Positions 46,648 through 57,670 of a stretch of DNA of 64,000 nucleotides are shown here, piece after piece. The DNA is from a virus. The notes beneath the pieces were generated by a model that saw only the letters and a program-made list of their open reading frames with translations, made no database searches and was not told where the DNA came from. How positions within the stretch are numbered: the first letter of the stretch is position 1; each line of letters opens with the position of its first letter. Made by a program: the position numbers and the translations under genes. The stretch spans positions 26,868 through 90,867 of IMG/VR virus record IMGVR_UViG_3300005532_000006. The stretch is one strand, 5' to 3'.

Positions 46648-47427
46648 TTACGACCACCGGCTCATCTCGGGAAAAATCTCGATCAGCCGCATCCACACAT
46701 CCGGCCACATATGGCGCAACTCGGCCCAGCGTCCATAACGCGTCGAGGTGTCACCGAGCAGTGTGCCTGTGCGCCTTCGTTCCGGGCTGGTTTCGCCCTC
46801 CCGCAGATAAATCTCGCTGAGCGGCAGATTGTGCGCCAGTGCGTAGGCCATAACGTCTGCGCCAGTCCACCACGCCAAGGGGCAGGCGATCACTGCGCCG
46901 TCGCGGCGCGTCCGGATCGGCCCATAGCGCCGCATCGACATTGCTCGGGGCCGGCTCTCATCCGCGCGCAGACCGAGCAGCGTCACGGGGTAGCCGCGCT
47001 CTCGTATTGCCGCTGCCGGCTCGGTGATCAGGATGCGTTTCCAGTCGCTGCCGGCCCAATGCCATTCGCCCGGCAGCTGCTCCGGTCCGCTGTAGCCGAG
47101 ACCGCCGATCAACTTGAGCATCTCGACGATCGACCGCTCCGGATAGACGGTCTCGATCCGCCAACTGCGCTGCCGTAGCGCCTCGATCACTGCCAGCGCG
47201 GCGGGATGCTCGGCTCCGCTATCGATAAAAAATCCCTCTACGTCATTGCCAAATTCGTGGCGCGCGATGTCACTCAGCACCAGCGAATCCTTGCCGCCGG
47301 AGATCATCAGAGCCGGACGACCCAGCCGGGCCGCCTCGCGCAGCAGGCGTCTGGTTTCGGCGAGGCGCCGCCCATATGCCACGCTCTGCGCATGCGCGAG
47401 ATAGCCCGCTCGCGTCAATGCGTCCAT
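46648..47427 (-). CDS. CysH/PAPS-reductase-like protein of type IV-B loci
   Basis: PP-loop ISGGKDS, DSGAEHP, LGLRADESRPR, PLAWWT..DV.AY. Confidence 0.9.
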   Translation of the reverse strand: MDALTRAGYLAHAQSVAYGRRLAETRRLLREAARLGRPALMISGGKDSLVLSDIARHEFGNDVEGFFIDSGAEHPAALAVIEALRQRSWRIETVYPERSIVEMLKLIGGLGYSGPEQLPGEWHWAGSDWKRILITEPAAAIRERGYPVTLLGLRADESRPRAMSMRRYGPIRTRRDGAVIACPLAWWTGADVMAYALAHNLPLSEIYLREGETSPERRRTGTLLGDTSTRYGRWAELRHMWPDVWMRLIEIFPEMSRWS

Positions 47428-47428
47428 A

Positions 47429-48214
47429 TCAGCCCTGCCGCAGTGCCGTGCGCACCGCCGCCATCGACGCGGGATGCCAGTAGGGCGGCGTCCAGCCGAG
47501 GCGCGGCGACAGGCGTTCGGGTGCCACGGCAAGGCCTTTGGCGGCGAGATAGGCCACCGGGACGTTGCGGTGATCAAGAATATAGTCGGCGTCGATTTCC
47601 GGCGCCGGCTCGATCTGCCACGACAGCACACGGCCGCGCCCGTGCGCGCCTTTGCGGCCGACATGCCAGACGCGGTCGAGCAGCATCGTCACCGCATTGC
47701 GGTCGCCGATGCACCAGCCCTCGACGGCCGCCGTGACGGTGACCGCCAACGGCATGCGCACGTCCTTGTAGCGCCCCGCTTTTGTCGGCGCGGTCTGCCG
47801 CACGGCCAGATCGGCCCGCTCGCTCGGGTAGCGCGAGTGCAGATACGCGCTGCCCCGGGAAGCTGCACCGATCGGGCGCAGATCGCTCGCCAGCCACAGC
47901 GGATCGCCCGCCGGAGATGCCCACGCCAATGCCAGCGGCAGCGGGATAACGTAGCGCTCGATGCCGTCGTCCACGACCGAGGCCCACAGCGAAAGACAGG
48001 CCGCACTCAGGAGGCCGTCGAGATGCAGCGCCCCATCCAGCGGAGCGATGTAGCCGCTGGCGAGCGTCCCGACGATGTGGAGCGGTTCTGCCGGCAGGTG
48101 CTGCCAGCGCCGCCACAACCCGCGCCAGCAGCGTTTCCCGTCACCGTATTCGCGCTCCCGGCACGCGGTCGGGAACCGCTCCACCGGCAGGTCAAGAATA
48201 GGTGCGGGGGTCAT
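47429..48214 (-). CDS. csf3: Csf3 (Cas5-like RAMP)
   Basis: LHLDGLL, IPLPL, AGRYK..RMP, WCIGD, G-rich loop HVGRKGAHGRGRV, PPYWHP. Confidence 0.8.
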   Translation of the reverse strand: MTPAPILDLPVERFPTACREREYGDGKRCWRGLWRRWQHLPAEPLHIVGTLASGYIAPLDGALHLDGLLSAACLSLWASVVDDGIERYVIPLPLALAWASPAGDPLWLASDLRPIGAASRGSAYLHSRYPSERADLAVRQTAPTKAGRYKDVRMPLAVTVTAAVEGWCIGDRNAVTMLLDRVWHVGRKGAHGRGRVLSWQIEPAPEIDADYILDHRNVPVAYLAAKGLAVAPERLSPRLGWTPPYWHPASMAAVRTALRQG

Positions 48215-49059
48215 GCCGCGACGGCGCAGAGCGTCTTGTCGGTCCCGAGCGATCCCGACAGGATGCCCTCGCGCATCGCGGCGCGATGCTCGTCGATATG
48301 CGCATCGTAGGCAGCGGGTTCCGGGGCGGGACCGAGCCATCCCAGCCGGCATCGGCCACGGCCCTGCCGCGCCTGGCCGCCGATGTAGCCGTCCTATTGC
48401 GCGAGGCCGCGCCCGGCCGCGGCGGCCGTCGCCGGTGGTGACCAGTCGTCGAGCATCAGTTCGACGGCGATGCGAACGCCCGCCGCCAGCACCTCGTACG
48501 TGTAGAGCATCTGGTTGCCGTGCGACTCGCCGCCGGTACCGCGCGTGCGGGTCTCCTCGCCGATCATGTCATAGGCGCTCGCGGTGCGCGCCTGACCTGC
48601 GAGTTCCGGAAACAGCGCCTCGATCGGCGCGAGGTATTCCTCGGCGACGATCCACGCGGCGAGGCGCAGCCGCGAGCGCGGGATGATGAACGTATCGACG
48701 GCACCCCCGAGCAGGTCGAGCGAAGGGTAGAGCCGCTTGACCATATGCCCGAGCGCGGTTTCGTCGCCGGGGGCGCGGCCCGATCCCATGTTGCCGCCGG
48801 AGTAGAGGAGGTTGAGCACCGGACGCGGCACGACACCGGAGCCGATGGCGAGTGTCGTAAGTAGGTGATCGGCCAGCGGCGTACGCAACAGCACCGAGCG
48901 CAGCGCGTTCTCGCTGACGTGCGGCGTGTAGACGAGGCGGCCGTTGCGGTGCGCCGGCTGGGTCATGAACAACCGCACGTTGGTCGTGTTGTCGATGCCG
49001 GTGCGGGTGTCGAAATGCGCCACCGGCGTCAGGGTTTCGAGCACAAAACGGTAGCGCAT
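48211..49059 (-). pseudogene. csf2: Csf2 (Cas7-like backbone) interrupted by an in-frame TAG at 48394-48396
   Basis: ETLTPVAH, PHVSENALRSVLLR, LYSGG, PSLDLLGG, QMLYTYE; after TAG the frame continues DGYIGGQARQGRG.. to a TGA overlapping the csf3 ATG. Confidence 0.8.
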
Positions 49060-49514
49060 CAGGCCGCCTCCCCCATTGGATCGCTTGCCGCGACTATCGG
49101 CTCCGCCAGGTCGAATACATCGATCGGATCGGCGAGCGGCACCGTCTGTCCGGCAGATGCCGATGCCGCCGTCGCAATGCGGCCGCGCCGCGCCAGGTGG
49201 CGGGCGATCATGACGCAGCTCTGCGAGCGCTCCGCCAGCGCCCGCAGCACCTCGGGATCGTCGTCCTGCGGCGCGATCAGCGCCAGCACCGCGTCGTCCC
49301 ACTGGCTCGGGCCGATCGTCCACTGCATCGTCCGCGCGGAGAGGTCCCAGCAGCGCCGCACGGTATGGCTGCGCTCGGCGGCAAGCCGCAGCCGCGCCTC
49401 CAGGACGCCGTAGCGCCGCGCGCCGCCGAACAGGCCCTCCCCGCCGTGCATGCGGATCATCAGGCCAACCAGCGCGACCGCTCGTCGCTCAGCCGGCGTT
49501 AGATCATCGATCAT
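49059..49514 (-). CDS. Cas11-like small subunit
   Basis: 151 aa helical protein directly upstream of csf2 (TGATG); call is positional. Confidence 0.55.
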   Translation of the reverse strand: MIDDLTPAERRAVALVGLMIRMHGGEGLFGGARRYGVLEARLRLAAERSHTVRRCWDLSARTMQWTIGPSQWDDAVLALIAPQDDDPEVLRALAERSQSCVMIARHLARRGRIATAASASAGQTVPLADPIDVFDLAEPIVAASDPMGEAA

Positions 49515-49531
49515 GGCTATCCGTGCCTCCC

Positions 49532-50628
<1,097 letters not shown>

Positions 50629-50629
<1 letters not shown>

Positions 50630-51081
50630 CAGTCGGCCACGTTCCTGATTTCGGCGGGGCTGTATTCGCGCTGCGCCGGACGGCGGTATTTGCCGGCAGG
50701 GATCGCGTGCGCGGTATGCTCCTCGTGGACGAGCGGCGACCACGGCCGCTTCGGTATGACGACGCCGGCGACCTCGTCAATGTCGGCGAGCGCGAACTTG
50801 ACGCGGCCCTGCCGTTCTGTCGTCACCGTCACCGAGGTCTCGTCGCGCTCGACGATGACACCGCCGACGGGGCCGGAGAAGTCGCCGGCGACATCGAGGT
50901 ATTGCTCACCGTCATCCGTCCGCAGCAGTACCGCGCCCTCGGTTTTGATCGCGTGCGCATGGCCCGTCACCTCGCCGTAGGCCAGCACGACTCGGCCGCG
51001 GTCGCGCGGCTGTTTCGCCGCCTTCTTTGGGATGGCCTCAACAGCCACAAGAAAAACATCGCCTTGTCGGTACATCGTCAT
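50629..51081 (-). CDS. conserved partner of DUF6745-like proteins
   Basis: YRQGDV..LAYGEVTGHAH..HEEH..QREYSP. Confidence 0.75.
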
Positions 51082-51094
51082 GCTCTCCTCTGCC

Positions 51095-51367
51095 TCAGGC
51101 GTTGATGCCGTCGCGGATCCGCTTCGCCGGCTTGAATGACACCGCCCGCGATGCCGCGATGTCGATGGCTTCCCCGGTGCGCGGATTGCGGCCCTTCTTC
51201 GCCGGTCGGTCCTTGACCCCGAAGATGCCGAGCGGCGTCGTCACCGTGTCGCCGGCCTTGAGTTGCGTCTGCAGCGTTTCCGACAGCGCCGCCAGCACCT
51301 CGCCGGTCATCTGCTGCGAGCAGACCGCCTTCTCGGCGACGCGCTTGATCAGTTCGGACTGGTTCAT
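51095..51367 (-). CDS. HU-family DNA-binding protein
   Basis: MNQSELIKRVA..G.F.V..RPAKKGRNPRTGEAIDI.A..FKP. Confidence 0.9.
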   Translation of the reverse strand: MNQSELIKRVAEKAVCSQQMTGEVLAALSETLQTQLKAGDTVTTPLGIFGVKDRPAKKGRNPRTGEAIDIAASRAVSFKPAKRIRDGINA

Positions 51368-51684
51368 CGTGCTCTTCCTTCCCCTGGTTCTCCCGCTGTT
51401 GACCCGGCGGGCCGGGCGTTGCATCGGCTGAAGTAATCGGGCGGCAGCGATCCGGCTGGCGTCGTCATCCGCTTCCGAGCATGGCGCTCGAACTGCGCCC
51501 GCGATGTGCGGCTGAGGCTACCGATCGGTCCGCCGCAGCTGCGGCAACGCGGGCCGCCATCTCGACGGCCGCCGCATCCGGCCGGCCCAAGTTCGACCCA
51601 GCACTGCGCGCCGCGGTCGCACTCGATGGGCCTGACCTGCTCCCGCAGCGGACGGGCCGCGTCGATGACCGATTGCGGGGTCAC
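51364..51684 (-). CDS. hypothetical Cys-rich protein
   Basis: GTGA/ATGA coupling on both sides. Confidence 0.45.
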   Translation of the reverse strand: MTPQSVIDAARPLREQVRPIECDRGAQCWVELGPAGCGGRRDGGPRCRSCGGPIGSLSRTSRAQFERHARKRMTTPAGSLPPDYFSRCNARPAGSTAGEPGEGRAR

Positions 51685-51947
51685 GCGGGCACCAATGTCA
51701 GGCCCGCGACTTGCTCGCCACGCGCCAACCGATGCCAGCGTTCCGCCGGCATAATCATTCGCTCGCTGAACCACTCGCCTTTCGGATCGCAGGGGCTCAC
51801 CCGCACGTCTCGGCCGATCCCGAGGTACACGCGCCGAAAGGCGTACACGTCCGCGTGCCACTCCCAGCGCTCGCCCTCGGTAAGGCTCGAATAGCTGACA
51901 TCGAGGCACTTCTTCCGGGTGTCGGCGTACGGGTGCGGGACGCTCAT
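51681..51947 (-). CDS. hypothetical protein
   Basis: ATGA overlap with the initiator gene. Confidence 0.5.
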   Translation of the reverse strand: MSVPHPYADTRKKCLDVSYSSLTEGERWEWHADVYAFRRVYLGIGRDVRVSPCDPKGEWFSERMIMPAERWHRLARGEQVAGLTLVPA

Positions 51948-52738
51948 GCGACCCCCCACATTCGGCGGAGTTCCTCAGGAAGCTCGGGCGGCGGCCCTTT
52001 CGGCCCGCTGCTGCGGGCGGCGGCCTTTTCGGCCAAGCTGACGACCTCCGCAGGCTCATCGAGCCAGCGTTCCTCGGCCAGCCACTTCGCGGGGTTGCAC
52101 CACTGCCGGTCTGGCGGTTTGGTGTCGCCGTAGCGCTTGGCTGACGCGGCGAGCGCTGCCGGAGACGCTCTCTGCGAGGCCAAGACGTAGGCTGCCCTCG
52201 CGGCCGCCTTGCCGACCTTGTGAGGGTAGGCCTCCCAAAATCCGCTAAAACCCCCGTCTCGCGCGCGCGTCTCATGCGAAGCATGAGATGAAGGTGGATG
52301 GTGGATGGTGGATGGTGGGATTTCCGATAACCCATTGTTTTCGGCTGAAGTGGGCAATTCCTGCGGCGTTTCTGAGGCCGCAGGACTGCCGCAGGACTGC
52401 CGCAGGACTGCCGCAGGATCGGCGCAGGGGCGCCGAAAGCGCATCCGCGATCGCGCCCTTTGCAGCTCCTCAGCGCACCGTTTGATGTAGATGCGGCGTC
52501 CGTCCTGTTCGATCTTTCCCTTCTCGACTAGGGCCGCGAGAACGCGACGCAACTGTCGCCAATGGCAGCAGCAGCGCAGCGCCAGTTCGCGCTCGTCCAT
52601 GTCGAGCCAGTCGTCATCGCTGGCGTGCGAATAGATCAGATTGATGATCGTATCGTAGATGCCGCGCTCTTCCGGTTTGAGGCCAGCCACGCCATCGAGC
52701 CAATCGCCGGGATGCCAATCGAACCGTCGCGGTTTCAC
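51944..52738 (-). CDS. phage replication initiator (DUF1376/YdaU-like)
   Basis: FDWHPGDWLDGV..L..EERGIY; C-terminal FW.AYP.KVGK..NPAKWLAEERWLDE. Confidence 0.8.
   Translation of the reverse strand: MKPRRFDWHPGDWLDGVAGLKPEERGIYDTIINLIYSHASDDDWLDMDERELALRCCCHWRQLRRVLAALVEKGKIEQDGRRIYIKRCAEELQRARSRMRFRRPCADPAAVLRQSCGSPAASETPQELPTSAENNGLSEIPPSTIHHPPSSHASHETRARDGGFSGFWEAYPHKVGKAAARAAYVLASQRASPAALAASAKRYGDTKPPDRQWCNPAKWLAEERWLDEPAEVVSLAEKAAARSSGPKGPPPELPEELRRMWGVA
52293..52430. repeat. putative replication origin: iterons inside the initiator gene
   Basis: 11-bp GCCGCAGGACT x3 plus 2 degenerate copies (52377-52430); 7-bp GGTGGAT x3-4 (52293-52320). Confidence 0.7.
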
Positions 52739-52821
52739 CGCTCCTCTCCCCGAAGGAATGTTCCACCTTGGTACGCGCCCGCCACTCCCTTCCCCGGCGC
52801 CGGGCCCGTCGCGGATGCGGC

Positions 52822-53190
52822 TCATTCCGCCGCCTCCCGCATCTCCACCGTCTCCGGCAGCGCCGCCACGAAATCCCCGAACGCCACAAGCCGATGCACC
52901 GGCATCCGGCCGCACAGCTTGAGGAGCCGTCGCGCGTCTTCACTGAGCGGAAGTGGTTCGATGAACGCCTCCGCTGGCGTGATTCCGACGGCATGGGCGA
53001 AGCGGAGGAGCTGGCCCGCGGTCATCCGCTCGTCGCCGGCCTCGACCTTTTGCCAGAAGCTAGGCGAGCAGCCGGCGTTTTCGGCGGCGTCGGCGATCGT
53101 CATGCCGCGCAGCAGCCGCCAGCGCCTCAGGTTGCGCCCGATCGCGCGGTCGATGTCGCCGATGTGCGGGTTGCCGCGGCGGCCGGTCAT
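52822..53190 (-). CDS. XRE-family HTH regulator
   Basis: IGRNLRRWRLLRGMT..A..G.S..QKVEAG. Confidence 0.8.
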   Translation of the reverse strand: MTGRRGNPHIGDIDRAIGRNLRRWRLLRGMTIADAAENAGCSPSFWQKVEAGDERMTAGQLLRFAHAVGITPAEAFIEPLPLSEDARRLLKLCGRMPVHRLVAFGDFVAALPETVEMREAAE

Positions 53191-55820
53191 GCCGCTTCGT
53201 CCTGGTCGGGCGCCTCTAACAGCGCGAACAGGGTCGGCGTCTCAGCCTCGGCCTCGGCGGCCTTGAGGTGGGCGATGCCATCGCGCCAGTAATCCTCGGC
53301 GAGCTCGATCCCGATTCCCTTGCGGCCGAGCTTCACCGCGCAGTAGGGCACGCTCATGATGCCGCCGAACGGGTCCAGTACGGTCTCGCCCGGCATCGAT
53401 AACTGGACGATCAGGCGCTCGACGATATCGAGCTGGAGCGCGCAAAGATGTAGCTCCCTGCCCTTCGCATACTGCAATGCGTTCAAGGTCCGCATGCGGG
53501 TGACATCGGTCCACACGTCCGGATGCCACGAGTGCGGCGGCAGCAGCATGAAGGTGGAGGGCAAGAGGCCTTCGTGATCGAGTTCTTCGGCTACCGCGAC
53601 ATGGCTGGCGAAGTCGTAGAGCGCATCGGCCGAACGGTTGCGCCACATCCGGTAGAGCTGCCGGTGCAACTCCTCCCGCTTGACCCCGCCGCCGATCAGC
53701 GCCGCAAGCTCAGCCGAGGAGATCAGCCGGTCACCCGATGAGCGGGCATAGCCGTGCGCATCCATTTGCCAGCGCGCCCGGCTGTAGCCGGTGCCGGGAA
53801 CGGGGTGCCGCCAGTTGCTGTCCGGATCGAACGGCGCCGGAACGCCATGGTCGTCGCACAGGGGCTTTTCCTTGACGACCGGCACGTCGGCGTAGCCATC
53901 CGACAGGTCGCTCGGCGGCTTGCGGAACAGCAGCACGTATTCGGGCACGCCGCAGCCCATGCGGCTGCCGTCCTTGCACTGTTCGGTCCACCCCAGCCGG
54001 TAGGTCTGGTTGTTCTCGCGCACGACATCGGTCGTGATCGTCTTCATGCCGAGAAAGGCGAACCCGTGCCGGCGATAGTGGAAGATCGCCTCGGCGTGGA
54101 ACGGGTTCAGGGTTTGGAACCCGAGGCCGGAGAGGCCGCCCGGCACGATGCGGTCCTTGACGTGCACCGCCATGACCCGGCCGGGCCGCAATACCCGCAG
54201 CAACTCCGGCGACAGGAAATCCATCTGCCGCCAGAAATGGTCGTTGTCGTCGGTGTGCCCGAAATCGCGGAAGCTCGGGGTATACTCGTATTGGGTCGCG
54301 AAGGGGACCGAAGTCACGATGAGGTCGACGCTGTCGCTCGCCACCCGCCGGGCTTCGTCGACGCAATCGTTGTTGATCGCGGTCCAGCGCTGTCCACTCG
54401 CCTCTTTCCGCTCGACCTCCATCGACCGGGACATAGCGCGCGACAACGCGGCGCCAGTCAGACCGTACTCCTGGACGATGCGGCGCATCATCCCGACGAG
54501 TTCGTCGTGGCGCGCCCACTTAGCTTCGAGGCTGCGGCGGATTTCCCGCTCGGCCTCAGTGTAGATCAGGTCGATGCGGACCGGCTTCGTTTGCAGGAAG
54601 CGCTTGATCCTGTGCACTGCTTGCACGAAGTCGTGGAACTTGAATCCGATGCCGAGGAAGATCGCCCAGGCGCAGTGGCGCTGGAAATTGCATCCCGCAC
54701 CCGCGAGAGATGGTTTAGCCGCAAGCTCTGCAATCCGGCCGTCGGAGAAGTCGATGACCCGCCGCTCCCTCTCGTCGAGGTCCTGGCTGCCGTAGATCGT
54801 CACCGCTTCTGGGATCGCCGCTTCGATCGCGCGGCGTTCGGCTTCCAGGTCGTGCCAGATCAGCCGGTGCGCGCCGGGGTCGAGCGCGCGTAGTTCGAGG
54901 AGCTTTTCGATGCGCGCATTAAGGCTGTCGCGCTTCTCGGCCGAGGCCTGCTGCACGCCGATCGCGGCGTTCCGCAAGAGGCGCAGCTGGCCGTCCCGCT
55001 CGGCGCCGGCCGCTTTGTGATCGCTTGGCAATTCGTGCCAGTGGACCTTAAGCGGCGGCAGGTCGTAGTCTTCGTCGGAATAACCGAGATCGCTTGGCCG
55101 GTCGACGAACAGCGCCCAAGAAGCAACCCACAGCCAGAATTCTTGTTGCTTGTGAGGGTAGAGCGTCAGCCGGTCGGCCCGCTCGCTGTCGCGCTTGAAA
55201 AACCTGGTCTTTGCCTGCCCGATGTCCATAACACCGAGGAACCCGGCATAGGCCAGCAGTTCGATGTATTCGTTCGGGCTCGGGGTAGCGGTAGCGACAA
55301 AGCGGTAGCTGCCGCTCCCTTCGAACAGCCCCATCAAGGTGCGGAAGGTGAGCGACCCGCCAAACCCCCGAAGTACAGCGGCTTCGTCCAGACTGACGGC
55401 GGTGAACCGCCGCGGATCGAGACGACCGTCGCGCACGCTCTCGTAGTTGGTCAGGTAGAGCCAGTGATCGCCGTCGCACTCCTCGTTGCGGCGGATGAAC
55501 TTCGGCTCGACCCCGATGAGGCCAGCGTCGCGTCGAAACTCCTGGCGCACCCCGAGGGGGCACACGATGAGGCAGTCACCGCCCTCGCGCTCGTGCACAA
55601 GGCGCAAAATCTCCAACTGCGTGACGCTCTTTCCGAGGCCGAAGCTGGCAAACAGCGCCGCGCGGCCGAGCCGGCAGGCCCAGATCACCATGTCGCGCTG
55701 GTGCGGCTTCAGCGCCGGCGACACCTCTTCAGGCCGCACGGCAAAGCCGCGCACAGGCGCCACGGCCGCCTTCGCCGCGAGGAATTCGCGGTAGGGATCG
55801 GGCGCGGCCTGGTCAAACAT
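53187..55820 (-). CDS. SNF2-like helicase / DNA amino-methyltransferase fusion
   Basis: GLGKS, LDEAA, TATPSPN, QAVHRIKRF; IVTSVPF and VLDPFGGIMS methyltransferase motifs. Confidence 0.85.
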   Translation of the reverse strand: MFDQAAPDPYREFLAAKAAVAPVRGFAVRPEEVSPALKPHQRDMVIWACRLGRAALFASFGLGKSVTQLEILRLVHEREGGDCLIVCPLGVRQEFRRDAGLIGVEPKFIRRNEECDGDHWLYLTNYESVRDGRLDPRRFTAVSLDEAAVLRGFGGSLTFRTLMGLFEGSGSYRFVATATPSPNEYIELLAYAGFLGVMDIGQAKTRFFKRDSERADRLTLYPHKQQEFWLWVASWALFVDRPSDLGYSDEDYDLPPLKVHWHELPSDHKAAGAERDGQLRLLRNAAIGVQQASAEKRDSLNARIEKLLELRALDPGAHRLIWHDLEAERRAIEAAIPEAVTIYGSQDLDERERRVIDFSDGRIAELAAKPSLAGAGCNFQRHCAWAIFLGIGFKFHDFVQAVHRIKRFLQTKPVRIDLIYTEAEREIRRSLEAKWARHDELVGMMRRIVQEYGLTGAALSRAMSRSMEVERKEASGQRWTAINNDCVDEARRVASDSVDLIVTSVPFATQYEYTPSFRDFGHTDDNDHFWRQMDFLSPELLRVLRPGRVMAVHVKDRIVPGGLSGLGFQTLNPFHAEAIFHYRRHGFAFLGMKTITTDVVRENNQTYRLGWTEQCKDGSRMGCGVPEYVLLFRKPPSDLSDGYADVPVVKEKPLCDDHGVPAPFDPDSNWRHPVPGTGYSRARWQMDAHGYARSSGDRLISSAELAALIGGGVKREELHRQLYRMWRNRSADALYDFASHVAVAEELDHEGLLPSTFMLLPPHSWHPDVWTDVTRMRTLNALQYAKGRELHLCALQLDIVERLIVQLSMPGETVLDPFGGIMSVPYCAVKLGRKGIGIELAEDYWRDGIAHLKAAEAEAETPTLFALLEAPDQDEAA

Positions 55821-56961
55821 GACGCCGCACCTTTGTGAGATACTGCCGGTAGCCTATCCGGTAGCCTTGCGCCTGCACGCGCGAAATGCCGAACTCGGCG
55901 GCGATTTCCTCATTGCTCGCGCCATCCACCAAACGGCGCCGGATAAGCCGGTTGTCTGGTCGCGGCTGAGCCGGAAACCTGCGGATCTCTGGCCGCTTTG
56001 CGGCTGCGGGTGGCGGCTCTGGATCATCAGCAGTCCGGCGGTAGAGGTTGAGGAGCTTCGCCAGCGCCTCGTACTTCTGGAACCGGATGTCGTGCCGCAG
56101 TTCCGCCCGCAGGCTCTCAAACTCCGCACGAAGCAGCGGCACTATGGCGGGCGCTGAGGGTTGTGCCTTCACGGTGCGGGTGCTCGCGGGCTTGCGGCCT
56201 GCCTGCAGCCCGTGGGTGAGGAAGAACACGGTCTTGTCGCGAGCGCCCTCGGCCCAGCAGGCACCGCAGGTGCCGCAGTAGGCTGTCTCGCCGGTCTGCG
56301 CCGGACAGACGAAGCCCTCGCCCGAGCGGTCGTCGGTGCTGGCGATCGTCACCGCCCGGAATACACCCGGCTCCGTGTGCGACTGCCGGATCGCAAATCG
56401 GCTCGGCTGCGCGGCTACGAGATCATGAACCGCATCGCCGATTTCGGTGCCGGGGCGCCAGGCGGTGAAACCGAAGACGTGAAGCGCCGGATAGAGGTCG
56501 AGCCATCGGCGCCAAGCTTTTACGTACTCGACCGCGTAGAAATCGCCGAGGATATGGAGGCGGACGGCGAAGCCCTGCGGATGTTGCCGCTGCAGCATCG
56601 CCATCTCGCGCGACAGCCCGTCAACCAATTCCTGCCCGTGGCGCAGGCGGCGCGACCAATGCATCGCATTGCCGAAGCAGCTGCGCCAGTGGTGGCAGGA
56701 GCTCGGGCACGTCGCCCGCTCCTCCAGGGTCAGCGCGAAAATCGGGAAGCCGGTCCACGGGCCCTTGGTGATGTGGTCCCCGAGCTTGCGATGATTGCCG
56801 CCCGAGACGAGGAGCCGCGGCGCCTCCTTGGCATTGACGACCGTTGTTGGGAAGAGCGTGCGCGCGTGGACGACGGCCGGGTGTCCGTCCTTCAGTGCCT
56901 TCGCGGCGCCCAGCGGTGGTGCCGTGTTTTCCCGGAAGCGTCGGTAAGGTTCGACGCTCAT
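55813..56961 (-). CDS. GP88-like Fe-S / radical-SAM-related protein
   Basis: TCPSSC.....CFG, VRLHILGDFY, CPAQ..CGTCGACW. Confidence 0.65.
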   Translation of the reverse strand: MSVEPYRRFRENTAPPLGAAKALKDGHPAVVHARTLFPTTVVNAKEAPRLLVSGGNHRKLGDHITKGPWTGFPIFALTLEERATCPSSCHHWRSCFGNAMHWSRRLRHGQELVDGLSREMAMLQRQHPQGFAVRLHILGDFYAVEYVKAWRRWLDLYPALHVFGFTAWRPGTEIGDAVHDLVAAQPSRFAIRQSHTEPGVFRAVTIASTDDRSGEGFVCPAQTGETAYCGTCGACWAEGARDKTVFFLTHGLQAGRKPASTRTVKAQPSAPAIVPLLRAEFESLRAELRHDIRFQKYEALAKLLNLYRRTADDPEPPPAAAKRPEIRRFPAQPRPDNRLIRRRLVDGASNEEIAAEFGISRVQAQGYRIGYRQYLTKVRRHV

Positions 56962-57158
56962 GCCGGCGGCCTCTGCATGGCCTCGTACACCGCAGCGGCG
57001 TCGCGCATATCGGCGATCAGTGCGTGCATCGAGGCGAGCGGCAGATGCGCCGACACGATCGGCAGGCCGGCGCGGTCGTACAGCACCAGCGCGACGGCGC
57101 AGCTGTCGCATTCGAGGGCGCGGATGGTAATCGCCTGCGGCACGTCGGACAGGTTCAT
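56958..57158 (-). CDS. hypothetical protein
   Basis: ATGA coupling on both sides. Confidence 0.5.
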   Translation of the reverse strand: MNLSDVPQAITIRALECDSCAVALVLYDRAGLPIVSAHLPLASMHALIADMRDAAAVYEAMQRPPA

Positions 57159-57661
57159 GCCGCCGCTCCACCGAAAAAGAGCGGCCCGGCGGAGCGGGCG
57201 ATCTTGTCGCGGAAGAACGTCGCCTCGGCCCACAGAAAGACGGCGATCGCGTCCGCCTCATTGTCGTCGGCCGGCTCAAACCCAAGTTGGCGGCAGCGAT
57301 CGATCATCGCCTGTTTTTTGGCGGCGCCGTTGTCGACGAGGAATTTTTTGACCTGCGACGGCTGCACCCGGGCGATGCGCGGGATGTTGCGGCGGGCGCA
57401 CTCCATGACGGTGATGCACGCCATTCCCATCAGGCGCTCGGCGGTGCCGAGGGATGTATGCTTGCCCGTTAGGATTGGAGCTTCCTGGACGATGATCTCG
57501 GGCTGCAGCCGATCAAGCGCGCCGCCGAGCCAGCGCTGGTAATTGAGAAAGAAACCGCCCGCGGCGCCCTCAATGCGTACTGAGCCGGAGACAGGTCGCG
57601 CGCCGGGATCGCCGTGGGCGAAGCCCAAGCGGGTTGCAAGATCGAGGGCAAGCATGCGCAC
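57155..57661 (-). CDS. RuvC-like Holliday junction resolvase
   Basis: LALDLATRLG, IVQE, VKKF..G.A.K, DDNEADA. Confidence 0.8.
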   Translation of the reverse strand: MRMLALDLATRLGFAHGDPGARPVSGSVRIEGAAGGFFLNYQRWLGGALDRLQPEIIVQEAPILTGKHTSLGTAERLMGMACITVMECARRNIPRIARVQPSQVKKFLVDNGAAKKQAMIDRCRQLGFEPADDNEADAIAVFLWAEATFFRDKIARSAGPLFFGGAAA

Positions 57662-57670
57662 GACCGCGAC

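Noticed and set aside
48394-48396. Genome-wide amber recoding as the explanation for the csf2 TAG
   Set aside because: Hub, tube, sheath, capsid and other genes end cleanly at TAG, and no suppressor tRNA was seen.
45759-49531. CRISPR array or leader near the type IV-B-like operon
   Set aside because: Intergenic gaps are short and contain no repeat-spacer structure.
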